Assembly (NCBI GenBank): GCA_965216565.1 | Contig: OZ244170.1 | Location: forward strand, 1,344,001-1,408,000 | DNA: 64,000 nucleotides | Direction: 5' to 3' | DNA from: Bythopirellula sp. | GTDB taxonomy: Bacteria; Planctomycetota; Planctomycetia; Pirellulales; Lacipirellulaceae | Shown: piece by piece, positions 1 to 10,311 of the stretch | Layout: the number at the start of each line of letters is the position of its first letter | Position numbering within the stretch: position 1 is the first letter of the stretch | Translations under genes and position numbers: made by a program | Notes under the pieces: model-generated | The model's database searches: none | Told to the model about the DNA's origin: nothing | The model's input: only the letters and a program-made list of their open reading frames with translations

Positions 1-2
1 CT

Positions 3-1793
3 AAAACGATTTACCTCAGTGGTTACACCGCTGAGATTTCCGGGCCACCCCTGCAGCAACGCGATGGCACATTGCGGTACTGGCACGATGCAGCGACGAC
101 CGCAAGCTGGAAAGTATACGTCTCGGAAAGCTGCAATGTGGAAGTCAAAGTACTGGTAGCAGTAGATAAAGACTTTGCTGGCAGCCAATTCGAAGTTCAT
201 CTAGGCGATCAGGTGCTTGCCGGGCAGATGGCCGACACAGGCGGCTGGGAAAACTATCAAGAAGTCTCGCTAGGTAGCGTCGAGGTCGAACGGGGCGAGC
301 ATCTCGTGAGTATCAATCCCAAGGTGCTTCCCAAAGGCGTATTTGGAAATCTGAGAGCGGTCCGACTCGTGGGTACCCACTTGGTTCACGAAGACGACAG
401 GCAGGCACCCGACTTAAATGGGCCCGTAAAGGTTTACCTCACGGCAAAGCATCGCGGTAGCCGACTGACCCAAAGCAGTAGTCTCAAGCCAAGCAAGAAC
501 ATTTCCAACGATGGCATCAAAGTGGTCATCGATCCCCTCCAACGATTTCAAACAATCGAGGGTTTCGGAGGAGCATTTACCGAGTCGGCTGGAATAGTCT
601 TCAGTCAGCTCAGTGTGCCCAAACAAGAGGAGGTGATACGAGCCTATTTCGATAAAGACACTGGGCACGGATATCGACTCTGCCGCACGCACATCAACAG
701 TTGCGATTTCTCTAGGGGGAACTATGCCTACACGGAGGTTGATGGTGATACGGAGCTTGAGCACTTCTCGATTGAGAAAGATCGAGAATACCTAATCCCA
801 CTCATTAAAAGAGCACAAGAAGCCATCGGCGGAGAGCGCATCAAGTTGCTCGCGTCCCCCTGGAGCCCTCCGGCATGGATGAAAACCACCGGAGAAATGA
901 CACAAGGTGGCAAGCTGAAACCAGAGTTTCGCGATGTTTGGGCACGGTACTACTGTCGCTACATCGAGGAGTACTCCAAAGAGGGAATACCCATATGGGG
1001 TCTCACGGTCCAGAACGAGCCCGACGCGGTGCAGCGTTGGGAATCGTGCATTTACTCTGCCGAAGAGGAACGCGACTTCGTCCGAGACTTTTTGGGGCCA
1101 ACCCTACACGAACATGATCTAGGACAAATAAAACTAATTGTGTGGGACCACAATCGCGATCAGCTATTTGAGCGCGCGCAGACCATCTTCGATGACCCGG
1201 CAGCTTCCAGATACGTCTGGGGAGCAGGGTTCCATTGGTATGTCTCCGACGACTATCACCACGCTGGAATGGTTACCGACTTCTACCCGGATAAAAAACT
1301 GCTGTTCACCGAAGGGTGTCTCGAGGGTGGTCCGCAACTGAACGATTGGACCGCGGGCGAAAGATATGCGCGTTCTATTCTTAACGACCTCAATCAGGGA
1401 GTTGTTGGTTGGATCGATTGGAATCTGATGCTCAATATGCAAGGAGGACCCAACCATGTTGGCAACTATTGCAGCGCTCCAATTATTGTCGATACTGAAA
1501 ATGATCGCTTGAATTACCTGAGCTCTTATTACTACTTAGGACACTTCTCACGTTTCGTACGTCCAGGGGCCCAACGTATTTTGTGCCGCAATACGGGCAA
1601 AGAGTTGCTGTCGTCTGCATTCGTCAATCAGGATGGCAGCATAGCGATCGTCCTCCTGAATGAGCAAGAGTACCCGTTACGCTATTCTCTGAAGATGGCT
1701 GGCTTGCAAACCGAGTCTGTCATCCCTGAACGCTCAATCAACACCTTGGTGATCGACGCAGGTCTGCACACGGCCAGTGCCGAGCGGAATTGA
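3..1793 (+). CDS. Glycoside hydrolase family 30 (glucosylceramidase-like) with N-terminal CBM6-like module; 5' end lies before the window
   Basis: Frame is open from position 3. GH30 motifs: GFGGAFTE, RTHINSCDFS, ASPWSPPAWMK, TVQNEP, FTEGC, GGPNHVGN. N-terminal TGGWENY...G.H.V CBM-like signature. Confidence 0.9.
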   Translation, partial: KTIYLSGYTAEISGPPLQQRDGTLRYWHDAATTASWKVYVSESCNVEVKVLVAVDKDFAGSQFEVHLGDQVLAGQMADTGGWENYQEVSLGSVEVERGEHLVSINPKVLPKGVFGNLRAVRLVGTHLVHEDDRQAPDLNGPVKVYLTAKHRGSRLTQSSSLKPSKNISNDGIKVVIDPLQRFQTIEGFGGAFTESAGIVFSQLSVPKQEEVIRAYFDKDTGHGYRLCRTHINSCDFSRGNYAYTEVDGDTELEHFSIEKDREYLIPLIKRAQEAIGGERIKLLASPWSPPAWMKTTGEMTQGGKLKPEFRDVWARYYCRYIEEYSKEGIPIWGLTVQNEPDAVQRWESCIYSAEEERDFVRDFLGPTLHEHDLGQIKLIVWDHNRDQLFERAQTIFDDPAASRYVWGAGFHWYVSDDYHHAGMVTDFYPDKKLLFTEGCLEGGPQLNDWTAGERYARSILNDLNQGVVGWIDWNLMLNMQGGPNHVGNYCSAPIIVDTENDRLNYLSSYYYLGHFSRFVRPGAQRILCRNTGKELLSSAFVNQDGSIAIVLLNEQEYPLRYSLKMAGLQTESVIPERSINTLVIDAGLHTASAERN

Positions 1794-1802
1794 TTCGATT
1801 TA

Positions 1803-3977
1803 ATGCAACGCCATAGGATAAGGAAACGGATCCAGGTGTTTCTCTACAGTATCGCCAGAAAAAGCATTCTGATTGTGGCAGGGCTGTTGGTGGCCTGCGC
1901 CAGTGCAGAAATTGCCGGAGCTGCTCGGGGACGGCCGCACATCGATACCAGCTTGGGCTACAACATGCTCTTGTCCGACAACAATTCCCTTCTCAGGGGT
2001 GTCAGCTTGTCGTTTGACGGCGGCGACCCGTACGGCAGTTTGACTAAAACGATGCCCACGCAAGAGCAACTGAACTCGCTCGCGCGCGACTATGGATTGA
2101 ACACCGTGCACCTCTACTTAGAGGGCAACTCGTCGATGAATCCAAATTCAGTGGGCTACAACGCGGCCGATGCCGACCTGCTTGTCCAAAGAACTGCCGC
2201 CGCAGACCTCTATCTCATCATCACCATTGGCAACAATGGAGAAAATGGCAGTATTCACAGCATGGATTTTGCGCAAGACTTCTGGGAATTCTATGGGCCA
2301 CGATACAAAGACGAAACTCACGTGATTTACGAAGCCCATAACGAACCTGCACTATTCACGCCTAATCAATGGACCGATACAGATTGGGATAGGCAAATCA
2401 CGCTTTACAATACCATTCGTTCAGAAGCACCTGATACGTTTGCACTGCTAGGCTCGTTCATGGGTTTTGCGGGCGATCCCAGGTATGGGGCAAATTACTT
2501 GGCTGCAGGGGGCGTTGACTGGAGTAATGCAGGCTTTGCGCACCATGGCTACGAGAGCAAAGCGGGCATCGAAAATGCGATTTCGCTAATGCAAGCCAAC
2601 ACCTCCTATCCAGCGACACTCTCGACAGAGTTTTGGCCTGGCGACACGCCTAGTCCAACGTCGGGCGGACAAGAATACAACAGCATGTACGAGAGCTACC
2701 ACAATGGTTGGATGCAGTTCCAATGGCTTGGTGCTGATGATGAGGATCTTCACGATTTCCGGTCTAAGATAACATCAGCCGGTACGACTTGGACCCCAGA
2801 CCATCCCGCAGCAACCTGGCCGGCACTTGGCACTCCCGACATACCTGCATTGGGAACAACTGTTGGTATCTATAGCAGAGACAACCAAAGTTTCTTGAGT
2901 GCTAATCCCTCAGCAGGGAGCGTGCTCAAAGCTGACGTTACCAATTACACAGGCACACAGAACGATGCCTTTACCATTGAGCCGATTGACGATCGATTCC
3001 TTCGCCTCAAAGCTGCCAACGGACTCTATGTGAGCACATCCAGTGAAGGTGATGCGCTTGCTGCCCAAACATCTAATCCCGGAGCCGCGGAAAAGTTCGA
3101 GTGGCTGCGTCACCCCAATGGCGATATTTCCTTACGTGCTTTTGGTGGTGGCGGACATCTCGTGGAATACGATTCGTCTTCCGGGTCTTTCTTTCCCTCA
3201 GGCGACAATGGCCGCGATTCTGCCACAAACTTCGCCATCGTCACTACACTCGGTACGACACCATTACCTTTGATTGGCGATCCTTTTTACGGGACGCCGC
3301 TAACCGTGCCGGGAAAAATAGAGGCCGAAGACTTCGACTTGGGCGGATCGGGGCAGAGCTACCTCGACAGCGACTCAAATAACATCGGCGGCAAGTATCG
3401 GCCATTAGAAGAAGTCGACATCGAAGCGACGAGCGATGTGGGTGGCGGCTACAACGTCGGCTGGCTCGGGTCGGGTGAATGGCTGGAATACACAATCGAC
3501 GTCACTGCCGCTGTAGCTGCTGAGTATTTGCTGACTGCAAGAGTTGCGACCCCGAACGCGAGCGGGGCGTTTTATGTTGAGTTCGCAGGTGTCAACGAGA
3601 CGGGGACCTTGTCCGTTCCCAATACCGGGGACTGGCAGAGTTGGTCTGATGTATCGGCCACCGTCACACTCGAGCCTGGCATCCAAACGATGCGATTTTA
3701 CCGTGCCGGCAGCGATGAATTTAACCTCAACAACTTCACATTCACCAGAGTGGGTGATTTTGATTTCGACGGCGATGTCGACGGATTAGATTTTCTAGCC
3801 TGGCAACAAAACGGCGCCACTCCCGCCGGCTTGCTTGAATGGGAGAACAACTATGGAGGATCCGGTGCAATTGCGAGCGCGACTCTCGTTCCCGAACCGA
3901 CATCTCTTGCATTGACGCTGATGTTGCCGTTATTCCTTTCTCGCAGAAGGATCGCACCCCGACACCGCCGAACTTAA
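1803..3977 (+). CDS. Secreted GH5-like glycoside hydrolase with fascin-like beta-trefoil, CBM6, dockerin-like motif and PEP-CTERM sorting tail
   Basis: YEAHNEP acid/base and STEF nucleophile motifs; IEAEDFD...GEWLEY...TGDWQSW CBM6; GDFDFDGDVDGLDFLAWQ; C-terminal VPEP + hydrophobic stretch + RRR. Confidence 0.85.
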   Translation: MQRHRIRKRIQVFLYSIARKSILIVAGLLVACASAEIAGAARGRPHIDTSLGYNMLLSDNNSLLRGVSLSFDGGDPYGSLTKTMPTQEQLNSLARDYGLNTVHLYLEGNSSMNPNSVGYNAADADLLVQRTAAADLYLIITIGNNGENGSIHSMDFAQDFWEFYGPRYKDETHVIYEAHNEPALFTPNQWTDTDWDRQITLYNTIRSEAPDTFALLGSFMGFAGDPRYGANYLAAGGVDWSNAGFAHHGYESKAGIENAISLMQANTSYPATLSTEFWPGDTPSPTSGGQEYNSMYESYHNGWMQFQWLGADDEDLHDFRSKITSAGTTWTPDHPAATWPALGTPDIPALGTTVGIYSRDNQSFLSANPSAGSVLKADVTNYTGTQNDAFTIEPIDDRFLRLKAANGLYVSTSSEGDALAAQTSNPGAAEKFEWLRHPNGDISLRAFGGGGHLVEYDSSSGSFFPSGDNGRDSATNFAIVTTLGTTPLPLIGDPFYGTPLTVPGKIEAEDFDLGGSGQSYLDSDSNNIGGKYRPLEEVDIEATSDVGGGYNVGWLGSGEWLEYTIDVTAAVAAEYLLTARVATPNASGAFYVEFAGVNETGTLSVPNTGDWQSWSDVSATVTLEPGIQTMRFYRAGSDEFNLNNFTFTRVGDFDFDGDVDGLDFLAWQQNGATPAGLLEWENNYGGSGAIASATLVPEPTSLALTLMLPLFLSRRRIAPRHRRT

Positions 3978-4204
3978 AAGGCACGAGCCGTGGAGACCAC
4001 TACTTGTTTTAGAGCTGCAAAGGCTTTCTATTCCTAGTTCGAACCTATTACAAACGTAGGCAAGAGTTGTTGCTCTTCATCAAGTGTTATCAAAACGTGG
4101 TCGCAAATACTGGGAAGCGATATTACGCGTGATGCTCTGATGAGCTACGAACGCTGAGGCCAATTGCTGTGGCAGCAAGGTTGTTACCGTGTTGGTGGCT
4201 GCAT

Positions 4205-4996
4205 TTAGCGTAACTGGCATTTCGGGCAGGCAAATACTTTTCGTGCGCCTAACAGCCAACTCTCAATTTCCGTATCGCAACGACTACAGATCGGCTGCTT
4301 GTAGACCAGCAATCTCTCGTCACGATTCATCCGGCTACGCGGCTTACCAATTTCTTTCGGCTCAGCAATAATGATGCGGTTATACTTCACGCCGATTTCC
4401 AACAGCGATTTTAGCTTGGACCAGAGTAGTGTCACTTGCTCGCGAGTAAGTGCTCGGCCAGGAGTCTCTGGATGGATACCGAGCAGAAACAGTACTTCAC
4501 TGCGGTAGATGTTACCCACGCCGGCAATCACAGACTGATTCAGAAGTACTGTGCCGATAGCAGCACGACTACCGCTGATCCGATTCCAGATTTGCGCGAA
4601 ATCACTGTCCTCACGCAACGGATCTGCGCCTAGACGAGCTTGAACATCCGCCCATTCCTCTTGAGTAATTACTCGACAAGTGTTGGGGCCGTTGAGATCG
4701 AAACCCCTTTGCTTGCCGACTACACGCAACCGTACTTGACCACGTGGTTCCGGAAGGGGAGGGCGATGGTGACGAAATTTTCCGTAGAGGCCAAGGTGGA
4801 TATGCAGAAGTCTACCACCAGACCAATGGTAGCAGAGATGTTTGCCGTGAGCTTCAACCGAATGGAGTGTCTTGCCGCTGATCAGCTTTGCGCCGTCAGC
4901 GAAGCGTCCTTGAGGCGAGGATACTTTTAGTCTGTGGCCGGCGAAATCGCGTTGATGATCTCTAGCAAGCCGATGGATCGTATGGCCTTCAGGCAT
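4205..4996 (-). CDS. nei: Fpg/Nei family DNA glycosylase (endonuclease VIII-like)
   Basis: N-terminal MPEGHT, GKH, H2TH motif LLNQSVIAGVGNIYRSEVLF, C-terminal CxxC...CPKCQ zinc finger. Confidence 0.9.
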   Translation of the reverse strand: MPEGHTIHRLARDHQRDFAGHRLKVSSPQGRFADGAKLISGKTLHSVEAHGKHLCYHWSGGRLLHIHLGLYGKFRHHRPPLPEPRGQVRLRVVGKQRGFDLNGPNTCRVITQEEWADVQARLGADPLREDSDFAQIWNRISGSRAAIGTVLLNQSVIAGVGNIYRSEVLFLLGIHPETPGRALTREQVTLLWSKLKSLLEIGVKYNRIIIAEPKEIGKPRSRMNRDERLLVYKQPICSRCDTEIESWLLGARKVFACPKCQLR

Positions 4997-5011
4997 CGGA
5001 AGAGCGTATTC

Positions 5012-5875
5012 CTATTCGATGATTGTTTTATCTGCCGCACCCTGTAAAAACCGTAGTGGCGCCAGCAGATTGTCTTTCCAGGAAACCTGAGTCTTCGTCC
5101 CCTGGCAAAGTAATATCGTGGCATCATCGATCATTAGGTTCTGTGAATGTTCTTCCTTAATCCCTTCAATAAGAGTAGCAATTAGCTTCTCCGGTTGCGT
5201 TGGATTGAGCTCGCAAACACGTTCAACTACTCCGTCCATGCCGATAAATCTCCCCTCCAAATCACGGCACTCGGTAATGGCGTTGCTAAAACAGAGAACC
5301 AAATCGCCCACGTTGAGTTTTATATCGAATTCCTGGTATTCTTGCGGGTCGCTCACACCGTGGGATTCTGGTGAGAATGCCAAGTTGTTTGAAACTTGTT
5401 TCAGCACGGACCATGTTTTCTGCTGGCTGTTGTACAGGAGTGGCGGTGGATTGCCTGTGTTGCAGATAGAGAGGGTACGTGTTGGCGAAAAGAACGTGCT
5501 AATCATGGTTGTTGCGAAGCAGCCGTGCTCCGAGCATTCGGCGAACCGACGACCGATCTCCCTAACAAAAAGAGCCTGCCGAATGGTGTTGATGTTCTTT
5601 TTCATCAGCTCGCGTAATTCTTCCGAAAGCTTAGTGTACTGAGGCAATTGTCCGCACACTTCTGCTACCATCATGCGTGTAATTCGGCCAGAGGAACACG
5701 AAGAGAGTAAGTATAGGTCAGAGCCACCCGAGAGATTGCGATCCACGGCCTGACTCGAAATCCAAATGTCGACTCCAGGCCGAACTAAGTGTTTTTCTCG
5801 ACTTCCATTCCCTCCCCAAACCTCCATGCAATTGAGGCCGGGGTCATTCAGGCTGGGCGGGATTGTAGTAGACAT
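5012..5875 (-). CDS. SpoIIE/PP2C-family phosphatase-like protein with no sensor domain
   Basis: CNTGNPPPLLY, GDLVLCFSNAITE and DDATILL motifs; some canonical Asp positions are altered (AEVCG, FSNA). Confidence 0.75.
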   Translation of the reverse strand: MSTTIPPSLNDPGLNCMEVWGGNGSREKHLVRPGVDIWISSQAVDRNLSGGSDLYLLSSCSSGRITRMMVAEVCGQLPQYTKLSEELRELMKKNINTIRQALFVREIGRRFAECSEHGCFATTMISTFFSPTRTLSICNTGNPPPLLYNSQQKTWSVLKQVSNNLAFSPESHGVSDPQEYQEFDIKLNVGDLVLCFSNAITECRDLEGRFIGMDGVVERVCELNPTQPEKLIATLIEGIKEEHSQNLMIDDATILLCQGTKTQVSWKDNLLAPLRFLQGAADKTIIE

Positions 5876-5913
5876 AATGAAAGTGCCTCGTAGGTCTTAA
5901 ATCGAAGTGGTGG

Positions 5914-6390
5914 CTACGAGACTGACTTCGCGGATACTGCGTCGCTATTAGCAAAGTACCGACTGTCGTTGACCCAATCTTCCCGCGTATAGCTAATCAC
6001 TGAAGTATCCGTTTCTCTTACTTCTAGCAAGCTTAAACGAAATCCCATTTCCGTGATCTCAGTGAAGAGCAGGTGGGCCAAGTTTTCGACGGTGGTGGGC
6101 TGCGAAAATCGTTTTAGTTTCAATTCTTCGCCTGTACGCTGCATGTGCTGAGTTAATGTGTCGTAGAGTGGATCTTTGACATGAATTAGCATGCCATGAT
6201 CGTATTTAGCCTTCAGGAAGGGCTCGATTTTGCTGTCGAAATCACCGAAAAGCGTCGACAATGCGCCGGTCCGTTCGACTTCAAAATGACAGGTGATTCC
6301 ATATCGATGCCCGTGTAAGTTTCGGCACTTGTCTTGCAACTCTTCATTTCGATGAGCTGCGTAGAACTTATACTGTTTCTGGACTATCAT
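5914..6390 (-). CDS. queD: 6-carboxytetrahydropterin / 6-pyruvoyl-tetrahydropterin synthase
   Basis: FYAAHR...CRNLHGHRY, YDH, PTTVENLA and VRET motifs. Confidence 0.85.
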   Translation of the reverse strand: MIVQKQYKFYAAHRNEELQDKCRNLHGHRYGITCHFEVERTGALSTLFGDFDSKIEPFLKAKYDHGMLIHVKDPLYDTLTQHMQRTGEELKLKRFSQPTTVENLAHLLFTEITEMGFRLSLLEVRETDTSVISYTREDWVNDSRYFANSDAVSAKSVS

Positions 6391-6431
6391 GCTGCTGTTC
6401 TCTTTGAGGCAAATTAGTGACCCTGGTTTAG

Positions 6432-7127
6432 CTAACCTAGTGAACTGGAGTTTACAAATGACAAGAACTCACTTCGGCTCGACAGATTTGTTTTCAACGT
6501 CCCGCGTAGCGCGCTCGTAATCGTTGAACTGCCATGCTTTTTGATGCCGCGGATCGACATGCACGAGTGCTCTGCTTGCACGACAACTCCCACTCCAGAG
6601 GTTTTTAGTTCAGTTTCTATCATCTCAGCGATCGTGTGCGTCATCCGTTCTTGCACTTGCGGACGACGAGCGACTTCCTCAACAACACGAGCTAGCTTGC
6701 TGAGTCCGGTCACATGACCCTGTGGGATGTAACCGACGTGAGCCACTCCCGTAAATGGCAGGAGATGATGTTCACACATGCTGGTAAACGGAATATCTCG
6801 TACGAGCACGAGTTCATCGTAATCTTCAGTAAATGTGACCTGCAGGTGACGCGCGGGATCGAGATGCAAGCCTTGAAACATTTCAGCGTACATCTTCGCA
6901 ACCCGTCGAGGTGTCTCTTCCAAGCCGGGGCGATCTGGATCCTCCCCAACGGCTTTCAAAATTGTGCGGACAGCAGATTTGATCGCTGTCAAGTCGACTT
7001 CATCAGATGGTTGATTACTGCAGTGAGTCTGATTTGGCAATTCCGAGGGTAGCTCGCAACTTTGTGAGGTTAGATCTGACGTCGGTGGGAGGTTCAAAAC
7101 CGAGTGCATGGTGCTTAAATCCGTCAA
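6432..7127 (-). CDS. folE: GTP cyclohydrolase I (start codon uncertain)
   Basis: [43 protein letters not shown]. Confidence 0.95.
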   Translation of the reverse strand: MTDLSTMHSVLNLPPTSDLTSQSCELPSELPNQTHCSNQPSDEVDLTAIKSAVRTILKAVGEDPDRPGLEETPRRVAKMYAEMFQGLHLDPARHLQVTFTEDYDELVLVRDIPFTSMCEHHLLPFTGVAHVGYIPQGHVTGLSKLARVVEEVARRPQVQERMTHTIAEMIETELKTSGVGVVVQAEHSCMSIRGIKKHGSSTITSALRGTLKTNLSSRSEFLSFVNSSSLG

Positions 7128-7374
7128 ATAGGTGGAGTTATACTACGTCGACTCCGAGACTATAGGCAGCTTGCCGATGATGGCAACGTGAAATGCTTTG
7201 ATTTTCGGTTAGAAAGTGGTGATTTTGCAATGGCTGCTCAAGTTAAGAGCCATGACAACACCTGCAGCCGAACTGTGTTTTGGCTATCATCAGGGTCGAG
7301 ACAAAACACCAAAAGCTGGCATCCGATCAAAACATGACCGGAAACCAGCTTTGGCATTTGAAGGTAGAATGTGT

Positions 7375-8571
7375 TTAACGGGCCGTTACTTGCATGCTCT
7401 TGTAAGTCGAATCCAATGCATGCCTGAGTGTCCACGCTTGCGTGTTGCTACAACTGCATTGCTCCGCCTTATTCAAAGCTGTTTGCAATGTGTGGGAGAC
7501 CATGGGGCTTATCCGATGGTCGTCCATTGCCAGCAAGTTCTCAGCAGTAGTCATGTACACCTTAGCACATTCGCTTGGGTGTCCCGCATTAAAGAGCGGT
7601 GCTCCTTCCTGGATCGCCATTTCAATCATTTTGTGGGGTGTCATCGCAGCCTGCTTGTTTGCTGGGGGCATGATAACGGTATCAATCACGTGGATTACAC
7701 CATTGCTTGCGTCCAAATCAGTGGAAACCAACTTGGCATTGTTCACCATGGCTACCCCATCTCGGACCACTATCTGCACGGATTGACCTTCCAGCGTCTT
7801 AGCTTTCCCTGCTTTCAGTGCGTCTGAAGAATAGACTCGGCCTTGCACAACATGATATTTCAAAATCGAAACCAGTTTGTCCTTATTCTCCGGTTTGAGT
7901 AGGGTCTCCACCGTACCAGCGGGTAACTTTGCAAAAGCTTCGTCGGTGGGTGCGAATACGGTAAAGGGACCTTTCCCTGCCAGTGCATCGACAAGTCCGG
8001 CGGCTTGGGCTGCAGCAACTAGAGTTTTGAAGGAACCAGCCTTTTGGGCCGTTGCTGGAATGTCCTCAGTAGCGGGCATAAGCACTTTATCAATGACGTG
8101 AATAACCCCGTTAGAACATTCGATGTCTGTCTTCACGACCGTTGCCTTATCTGTCTTGACTTTGCCATCCTTTACTTGAATATCAATCTGTTGCCCGTTG
8201 AGCGTCTTAGCTCCGCTGAGTTTGACAACTTCGCTAGAACCAACCTTACCTTTCACAACATGGTAAGTTAGCACGTCGACAAGCTGCTGCTTGTTTTCTG
8301 GTTTGAGTAAACTTTCAACCGTCTTCTTTGGCAGTTTGGCGAAAGCCTCGTCGGTGGGAGCAAACACCGTGAACGGTCCCTTATCCTTGAGGGCTTCAAC
8401 TAAGTCTGCTGCTTGTAGTGCAGCTGCCAACGTCTTAAAAGATCCAGCTGCAACGGCTGTGTCAACAATATCTTTCTGTTGTGTCTCAACAGTAGCTGCT
8501 TGCATCGTGGTAGATGCTAGTGTGCTTATGAAGCCGATGCACAGCATTTTTGTGAAAGTGTGTTTGTGCAT
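7375..8571 (-). CDS. Secreted protein with two fasciclin (FAS1) domains plus a C-terminal helical extension
   Basis: Signal peptide; two repeats of [17 protein letters not shown]...YHVV...SNGVIHVID. Confidence 0.92.
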   Translation of the reverse strand: MHKHTFTKMLCIGFISTLASTTMQAATVETQQKDIVDTAVAAGSFKTLAAALQAADLVEALKDKGPFTVFAPTDEAFAKLPKKTVESLLKPENKQQLVDVLTYHVVKGKVGSSEVVKLSGAKTLNGQQIDIQVKDGKVKTDKATVVKTDIECSNGVIHVIDKVLMPATEDIPATAQKAGSFKTLVAAAQAAGLVDALAGKGPFTVFAPTDEAFAKLPAGTVETLLKPENKDKLVSILKYHVVQGRVYSSDALKAGKAKTLEGQSVQIVVRDGVAMVNNAKLVSTDLDASNGVIHVIDTVIMPPANKQAAMTPHKMIEMAIQEGAPLFNAGHPSECAKVYMTTAENLLAMDDHRISPMVSHTLQTALNKAEQCSCSNTQAWTLRHALDSTYKSMQVTAR

Positions 8572-9216
8572 TTTCTGAGTTCCTATTCAAGGGCGGGTAA
8601 CTGATTGACAGTAAACTAACTAGATTGTGATTTTCATTGCTCGGCCAAGACTAATTCGAACCACATAGGCATTAAAGAGAAGGCGTGATTATTGCCAAGC
8701 CCTAGGGCTGATGTTTTCTCGAAATCTACTTACAGAGTTTCTCGTTTCAGCTTGATAGAAGTGAATAGTGGCTTACGTCTGAACGGTGGACTGATTGCCA
8801 CTAGCGCACTGCTGTTTAACAATCCACACAATCTTTACTCGTGTTGTTATCAATCTGAAACTTTGCCTATCTTACTGGCCAACATGGGAAATCGTTCAGC
8901 GAGTAACAGACACTTTGTAAACGTTAGTTACTGAGTGTAGTTTTAGGTCGCCGCTCTTATTGCTAGGTAGTTGGTAAATATTATTCACTATTAGCTACGC
9001 ATTTCTTGGCAGCCGGAAGGGCTGATAATGGAGTTGGCACGGCGCATGATTTAGTCAGTAGTTAGGAGAAATACGTGAAATCTCATGTGTTCGGCACCGA
9101 AGAATCCTATCTGCCAAACGCGGTGTCAAGATTTTCTGTGGCAAAGCCTGCTCGTTTACGGTTTCCGACTAGGTGTAAACAAGAGTGACTGAGAATTTCA
9201 CTAGGAGTGATGAGAG

Positions 9217-9399
9217 ATGTTTGGCTTATTTGGTGATAAAAAGAAGAAACTGCAAAAGAAGTATGCCTGTTTGCTGGAGGAGTCACATCGACTCAGCCAT
9301 AGCAATCGTAAGGCAAGCGATCTGAAAATGGCTGAGGCAGACCGTGTCTTGCAGCAGATCAAAGCCTTGGAAGAGGGCTCTACGGTGAAGCCGGGCTAA
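9217..9399 (+). CDS. Small helical protein resembling the Lacal_2735 family
   Basis: MFGLF...KLQKKY..LLEES..LS.SNRKASDLK.AEA pattern; AGGAG RBS upstream. Confidence 0.7.
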   Translation: MFGLFGDKKKKLQKKYACLLEESHRLSHSNRKASDLKMAEADRVLQQIKALEEGSTVKPG

Positions 9400-10291
9400 C
9401 CGCTTGCAGCAGAGCCTCGACGGTTGCGAAATTGATGTCGACGATATCCTGCACATCTTGGGAGTAGCCGCCTCCCATAACCACAGCAATCGGTCGCGAT
9501 ACTTGACGACACGCCTGAAATACCAACCGATCTCGCTGCTTAAGTCCGCTTTTAGTCAGATTAAGTCTGCCATAACGGTCGTTTTTGTAGCAGTCTGCAC
9601 CGGCTATATAAAATATGAGATTGGCAGACTCGAGCTGCAGCTTTGCAGTTAGCGCGTTCTCAAGCACACGAAGATATCCGTCATCTGAGGTCCCATCCGG
9701 TAGTTGCACATCCAAGTCACTGCCGATCTTGTGCTGCGGGTAATTCCTCTCACCATGCATCGAGAAAGTGATAACGGAAGGATCATTGGCGAATATTGCT
9801 GCGGTGCCATTCCCTTGATGCACGTCGAGGTCAATGATCACGACGCGATGGAGAACTCCCTCGGCCTGCAACACACGGGTCGCGACGGCCACATCGTTGA
9901 ATACACAGAAACCCTCGCCTCGCTCTGCAAAAGCATGATGGGTACCCCCTGCCAAGTGCACTGCTACTCCATCAACGAGCGCTGCCCGTGACGCAGAGAT
10001 TGTGGCGCCTGTTGAGCGGCGATGTCTTTCAACCATTCTTGCTGACCAGGGAAACCCGATTCGCCGCTGTTCGATGCGTGTGAGATTTCCGGACTTGATT
10101 TTGTCTAGATAGTCCCGCGTGTGAACAAGTAATAACTGCTCATCGGTAGCGGCTGGAGGAAGACGGAATTGGAGTTGGTTTGAGAAATGACAATTTTGCA
10201 GACTTTCTCTAACGCGCCGATACTTCTCCATCGGAAAGTGATGATCATCGGGAAGGGGGAGCTCATAAGTGTCACTGTAATAGACTTGCAT
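9380..10291 (-). CDS. Histone deacetylase family protein
   Basis: HHFPMEKY, GGTHHA, GFCVFND, DLDVHQGNGT, GGGY. Start placed at MQVYYSD. Confidence 0.9.
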   Translation of the reverse strand: MQVYYSDTYELPLPDDHHFPMEKYRRVRESLQNCHFSNQLQFRLPPAATDEQLLLVHTRDYLDKIKSGNLTRIEQRRIGFPWSARMVERHRRSTGATISASRAALVDGVAVHLAGGTHHAFAERGEGFCVFNDVAVATRVLQAEGVLHRVVIIDLDVHQGNGTAAIFANDPSVITFSMHGERNYPQHKIGSDLDVQLPDGTSDDGYLRVLENALTAKLQLESANLIFYIAGADCYKNDRYGRLNLTKSGLKQRDRLVFQACRQVSRPIAVVMGGGYSQDVQDIVDINFATVEALLQAVSPASP

Positions 10292-10311
10292 CGCTTCCAC
10301 ATTTGAGAGAT

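Noticed and set aside
5914..7127. 7-deazaguanine DNA modification (dpd) or queuosine cluster
   Set aside because: No queC, queE, dpdA or tgt gene in the window.
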